Both the position numbers and the translations under genes were made by a program. The notes under the pieces were generated by a model. The model saw only the letters and a program-made list of their open reading frames with translations. It was not told the DNA's origin and did no database searches. A DNA stretch of 63,637 nucleotides, filler included. It is 5 parts of 5 records of this genome, joined end to end, with 100 filler letters (N's around TTAATTAATTAA, not from the genome) between each part and the next. Parts side by side here need not be neighbours in the genome. Positions count along the whole stretch, not along the records: positions 57,610 to 63,637 come from DRR723986_10756; 4 more parts are not named here. One strand, 5' to 3'. Shown here one piece after another: positions 60,299-63,637 of this stretch (its first letter is position 1; the number at the start of each line of letters is the position of its first letter).

Positions 60299-61996
60299 TC
60301 AGGCGGCTTCCTTGTCTGCGGTCTTTTCCGGCGCGGGGGCGGCCTCGGCCTTGCCGTGCTTCCCGTGCTCGTATTCCTTGAGGAAATTCAGCACCTGCTC
60401 GCGGTAGAGGTAGTAATCCGGGTGCTCCAGCAGCGCCTTGCGGGTGCGCGGGCGCGGCAGGTCCACGTCGACGATCTTGCCGATGGTGGCCTGCGGGCCG
60501 TTGGTCATCATCACCACGCGGTCGGCCAGCAGGATCGCTTCGTCGACGTCGTGGGTGACGCAGATGGCGGTGACCTTGGTGCGGTCCCAGACCTCCATCA
60601 GCACCTCCTGCAATTCCCAGCGCGTCAGGCTGTCGAGCATCCCGAAGGGCTCATCCAGCAGCAGCAGTTTGGGCGAGAGCGCAAAGGCCCGCGCGATGCC
60701 GACGCGCTGCTTCATGCCGTTCGACATCTCGGAGGCGCCCTTGTCCATCGCGTCCGCCAGCCCGACGCGTTCGAGGTAGTATTCCACCACGTCCTGCCGT
60801 TCGGCCTGGCTGGCACGCGGATAGACCTTGTCGACGCCGATGGCGCAATTCTCGCGCGCGGTCAGCCACGGGAACAGGTTCGGCGACTGGAAGACCACCG
60901 CGCGTTCCGGGTCGGCGCCCTGCACATGGCGCCCGTCCAGCTTGATCGCGCCCTTCGAGATGTCGTTGAGCCCCGCCGCCATGGTCAGCACCGTGGACTT
61001 GCCGCAGCCCGAGTGGCCGATCAGCGAGATGAACTCGCCCTTGTTCATTTTGAGGTTGAAGTCCTCGACCACCGTCAGCGGCCCCTTGGGCGTCGGGTAG
61101 ATCTTGTGAAGCTGGCTGAAGTCGAGGAAGCGGTCCTCGATCAGCCCCTCCTGCGCGTCCTTGACGACGGCGGGCACCTGATGGATCGGCGTCACCTTGG
61201 GCAGGACCTTTGACCCTTCGGCCTTGGCCGCGATGCCGACGTCCATGAGGTAGTTGGTCACCGCCAGCCGCAGCGCCTTGAAGCCCTCGTGGTGGTTCAT
61301 CTCGCCCCGGTCGCGGGGGCGCGGGATGGTCACGCGGAATTCCTCGCCCAGCGTGCCGTCGGGGTTCAGCGCGATGATGCGGTCGGCGAGGATGATCGCC
61401 TCGTCCACGTCGTTGGTGATCAGCACGCAGGTCTTGCGGTCCTGCTGCCAGATCGCCTCGATCTCATCCGCCAGGTTGGCGCGGGTCAGCGCGTCCAGCG
61501 CCGACAGCGGTTCGTCCAGCAGCAGCATCTCGGGGTTCATCGCCAGGGCGCGCGCCACGTTCACCCGCTGGCGCATCCCGCCCGACAGTTCCGCCGGGCG
61601 CCGCGCGGTGGCATGGCCCAGGCCCACCATGCGGACGTATTTGTCGACGGTCGCGGCCTTCTCGGCCTTGGGCATCGACGGAAAGACCGAATCCAGCGCC
61701 AGCCGCACGTTGCCGTTCACCGTCAGCCAGGGCATCAGGGAGTAGTTCTGAAAGATCACCCCCCGCTCGGGACCCGGCCCCTCGATCTCGGCCCCGCGAT
61801 AGGTCACGCGGCCCTTCGTCGGCTTCTCCAGCCCCGCCATCAGGTTGACCAGCGTCGTCTTGCCGGTGCCGGAAAAGCCCAGCAGGACGAGGAACTCGCC
61901 CGCCTGAACCTCGAGGTCGATGTCCTTCAGGACGTGGGTGGCATGGGTGCCGGTGCCGAAGCTTTTCGAGACGTTTTCGAACTTGAGGATGCTCAT
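60299..61996 (-). CDS. Nitrate ABC transporter ATPase with two fused NBDs (NrtC/NrtD-like)
   Basis: GFSGTGKT/LSGGMRQR and GHSGCGKS/MSNGMKQR, DEPFGMLD. Confidence 0.92.
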   Translation of the reverse strand: MSILKFENVSKSFGTGTHATHVLKDIDLEVQAGEFLVLLGFSGTGKTTLVNLMAGLEKPTKGRVTYRGAEIEGPGPERGVIFQNYSLMPWLTVNGNVRLALDSVFPSMPKAEKAATVDKYVRMVGLGHATARRPAELSGGMRQRVNVARALAMNPEMLLLDEPLSALDALTRANLADEIEAIWQQDRKTCVLITNDVDEAIILADRIIALNPDGTLGEEFRVTIPRPRDRGEMNHHEGFKALRLAVTNYLMDVGIAAKAEGSKVLPKVTPIHQVPAVVKDAQEGLIEDRFLDFSQLHKIYPTPKGPLTVVEDFNLKMNKGEFISLIGHSGCGKSTVLTMAAGLNDISKGAIKLDGRHVQGADPERAVVFQSPNLFPWLTARENCAIGVDKVYPRASQAERQDVVEYYLERVGLADAMDKGASEMSNGMKQRVGIARAFALSPKLLLLDEPFGMLDSLTRWELQEVLMEVWDRTKVTAICVTHDVDEAILLADRVVMMTNGPQATIGKIVDVDLPRPRTRKALLEHPDYYLYREQVLNFLKEYEHGKHGKAEAAPAPEKTADKEAA

Positions 61997-62012
61997 GGGG
62001 GTCTCCATCCGC

Positions 62013-63089
62013 TCAGCGGTTGTTCGAGAAGGTGAAGAGGGACTGGAGCGCGTACATCACGCGGTCGAGCAGGAAGCCGATGATCCCGATGGTGAAGACG
62101 GCGACCATGATCTTGGCGAGGCTCGACGAGGACCCGTTCTGGAACTCGTCCCAGACGAACTTGCCGAGGCCGGGGTTCTGCGCCAGCATCTCGGCGGCGA
62201 TCAGGACCATCCAGCCCACGCCCAGTGACAGCCGCAGCCCGGTAAAGATCAGCGGCAACGCCGAGGGCAGCACCAGCTTGGTGATCTTGGTCCATGTGTT
62301 CATCTTCAACACCTTCGAGACGTTCACGAGGTCCTTGTCGATGGAGGCCACGCCCAGCGCGGTGTTGATCAGCGTGGGCCAGAGCGAGCACAGCGTCACC
62401 GTGACGGCCGAGATGATGAAGGACTTCGGCAGCAAGCCACCTTCCGAAGCGGCCAGCGCCGAGACGATCATCGTCACGATGGGCAGCCATGCCAGCGGCG
62501 AGACCGGCTTGAAGATCTGGATCAGCGGGTTCAGCGCCGCGTTGGCCGTGGCCGACAGCCCCGCGAGGATGCCCAGCGGCACGGCGATGACGGTGGCGAT
62601 CAGGAAGCCGAAGAACACCGTCTGGATCGAGGTCCAGATCTGCTGGTAATAGGTCGGCGCGCCGGTATAGGCGCGGTCCTTGGGCTCCTGCCCCTGCGCG
62701 ATCAAGCGCTCGTTCAGCTTGGCCACCTGCGCGTCGAACTGCGCCTTCTTGGCGGCCTTGGCCTGCGCGTCCTCATGCAGGGTTACCGCCTCCTGCCAGA
62801 CCTGCGCCGGCCCGGGCACTGCGCCCAGAGAGGTCTGCACCTGCGGCGCCAGAGTGCCCCACATCAGCAGGAAGGCGGCGATCGCCAGAAGCGGCACCAG
62901 AAGCAGGCGCCAGATCTCCTGCATCTGCGCCTTGGGGTTGTCGCCGGCGGCAGCACGCAGGATCGGCGTCATCCACGCCAGCCCCAGCACGTTGAACCAT
63001 TTGTCGGCGGCGTTGATGCGGGTGAACAGCCGCGCGCGCCGGGCTGCCCGGTCGGCGGTCTCGGTGAAGTTCGGGTCTACGGTGGTCAT
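62013..63089 (-). CDS. Nitrate ABC transporter permease (NrtB/NtrB-like)
   Basis: QIFKPVSPLAWLP, FTGLRLSLGVGWMVLIAAEML, GLGKFVWDEFQNG. Confidence 0.92.
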   Translation of the reverse strand: MTTVDPNFTETADRAARRARLFTRINAADKWFNVLGLAWMTPILRAAAGDNPKAQMQEIWRLLLVPLLAIAAFLLMWGTLAPQVQTSLGAVPGPAQVWQEAVTLHEDAQAKAAKKAQFDAQVAKLNERLIAQGQEPKDRAYTGAPTYYQQIWTSIQTVFFGFLIATVIAVPLGILAGLSATANAALNPLIQIFKPVSPLAWLPIVTMIVSALAASEGGLLPKSFIISAVTVTLCSLWPTLINTALGVASIDKDLVNVSKVLKMNTWTKITKLVLPSALPLIFTGLRLSLGVGWMVLIAAEMLAQNPGLGKFVWDEFQNGSSSSLAKIMVAVFTIGIIGFLLDRVMYALQSLFTFSNNR

Positions 63090-63263
63090 CGGATGAAATC
63101 CTGTCTGAGCCGGGCGCCAGCCGGCGCGGAGGAGGGGGCAGGAGGCGGCAGGCCGTGGCCGCGCTCCCAATGTCTGGTGCCGAGGGCGTTGCCGTCAGCG
63201 GAAAGTCAGAGCCTTGGGCACGTTCCGCGCGGAATAGACGGCCCTTGTTGCAAAGGCAGGCGG

Positions 63264-63316
63264 TCGGGTCGGCGGGTGGGCGCTTTGCGAAGCAACAGTG
63301 CCATCCGCCGACCCGA
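63264..63316. other. Strong stem-loop just after the binding-protein gene
   Basis: TCGGGTCGGCGGGTGG / CCATCCGCCGACCCGA (15 of 16 complementary). Confidence 0.65.
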
Positions 63317-63324
63317 AGCAGGCG

Positions 63325-63637
63325 TCAGCCTTCCACTTCGGTTCCCACCACGACCTGCTCGCCCTTCAGGCCGATGGGCAGGCTGTCGAGGTAGGCGTTG
63401 GGGGCGCGGCCGTCGTAGGGGATGCCGTCGATGATGTCCCCGGCAGGCGTCGGCGCCTTGTAGCCGTCGCTGTCCCACGGGAAATCGGCCTCGTCCGCCA
63501 GCCCCTCGTCGACCAGCATCCGCGCCGCCTCAAGGTAGATCCCGGGCTTGTAGACCGATTTCGCGACCTCGTCGTACCAGCTGTCGGGCTTGGCCTCGGC
63601 GATCTGGCCCCAGCGGCGCATCTGGGTCAGGTACCAG
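63325..63637 (-). CDS. CmpA/NrtA-family ABC substrate-binding protein, C-terminal fragment
   Basis: [12 protein letters not shown]...FDG-like [23 protein letters not shown]; upstream of the permease. Confidence 0.9.
   Translation of the reverse strand, partial: WYLTQMRRWGQIAEAKPDSWYDEVAKSVYKPGIYLEAARMLVDEGLADEADFPWDSDGYKAPTPAGDIIDGIPYDGRAPNAYLDSLPIGLKGEQVVVGTEVEG

Overview
This window is not one contiguous locus. It is five contigs joined by 100-nt artificial spacers (N44-TTAATTAATTAA-N44) at 7541-7640, 20620-20719, 47264-47363 and 57510-57609. (1) 1-7540: Rhodobacteraceae-type dcw cluster (mraZ-rsmH-ftsL-ftsI-murE-murF-mraY) with a UpsM-like terminated 5' leader. (2) 7641-20619: alphaproteobacterial, self-contained glycine-cleavage cluster (lpdA-lipA-symporter-usp-gcvT-gcvH-gcvP), a divergent XRE-cupin regulator, NH3-type NadE, LysR, and a large repeat-containing secreted protein. 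(3) 20720-47263: a lower-GC FCB-group (Kapabacteria/Ignavibacteria-like) contig rich in type IX secretion (T9SS) substrates. (4) 47364-57509: Rhodobacteraceae housekeeping region (COQ9, quinone oxidoreductases, H-NS, RNase T2, DUF1013/TrcR, ornithine decarboxylase, recR-ybaB-dnaX). (5) 57610-63637: high-GC nitrate assimilation cluster (nrtA-nrtB-fused nrtCD-tandem GAF protein-nirB). Both best candidates for an undescribed system are on contig 3. The first is an AraC-headed run of co-oriented genes encoding a Cyc2-like monoheme cytochrome-porin, a small membrane protein, YceI, a Tat-exported Rieske lipoprotein and a T9SS-exported CxxCH/Reeler-like surface protein; this is a putative trans-envelope electron-transfer module. 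The second is a pair of paralogous secreted precursors with a defensin-like six-cysteine pattern and a conserved acidic C-terminal domain, next to a TlpA thioredoxin and bracketed by a 56-57 nt direct repeat. All functional calls come from motif recognition by eye; no searches were run.
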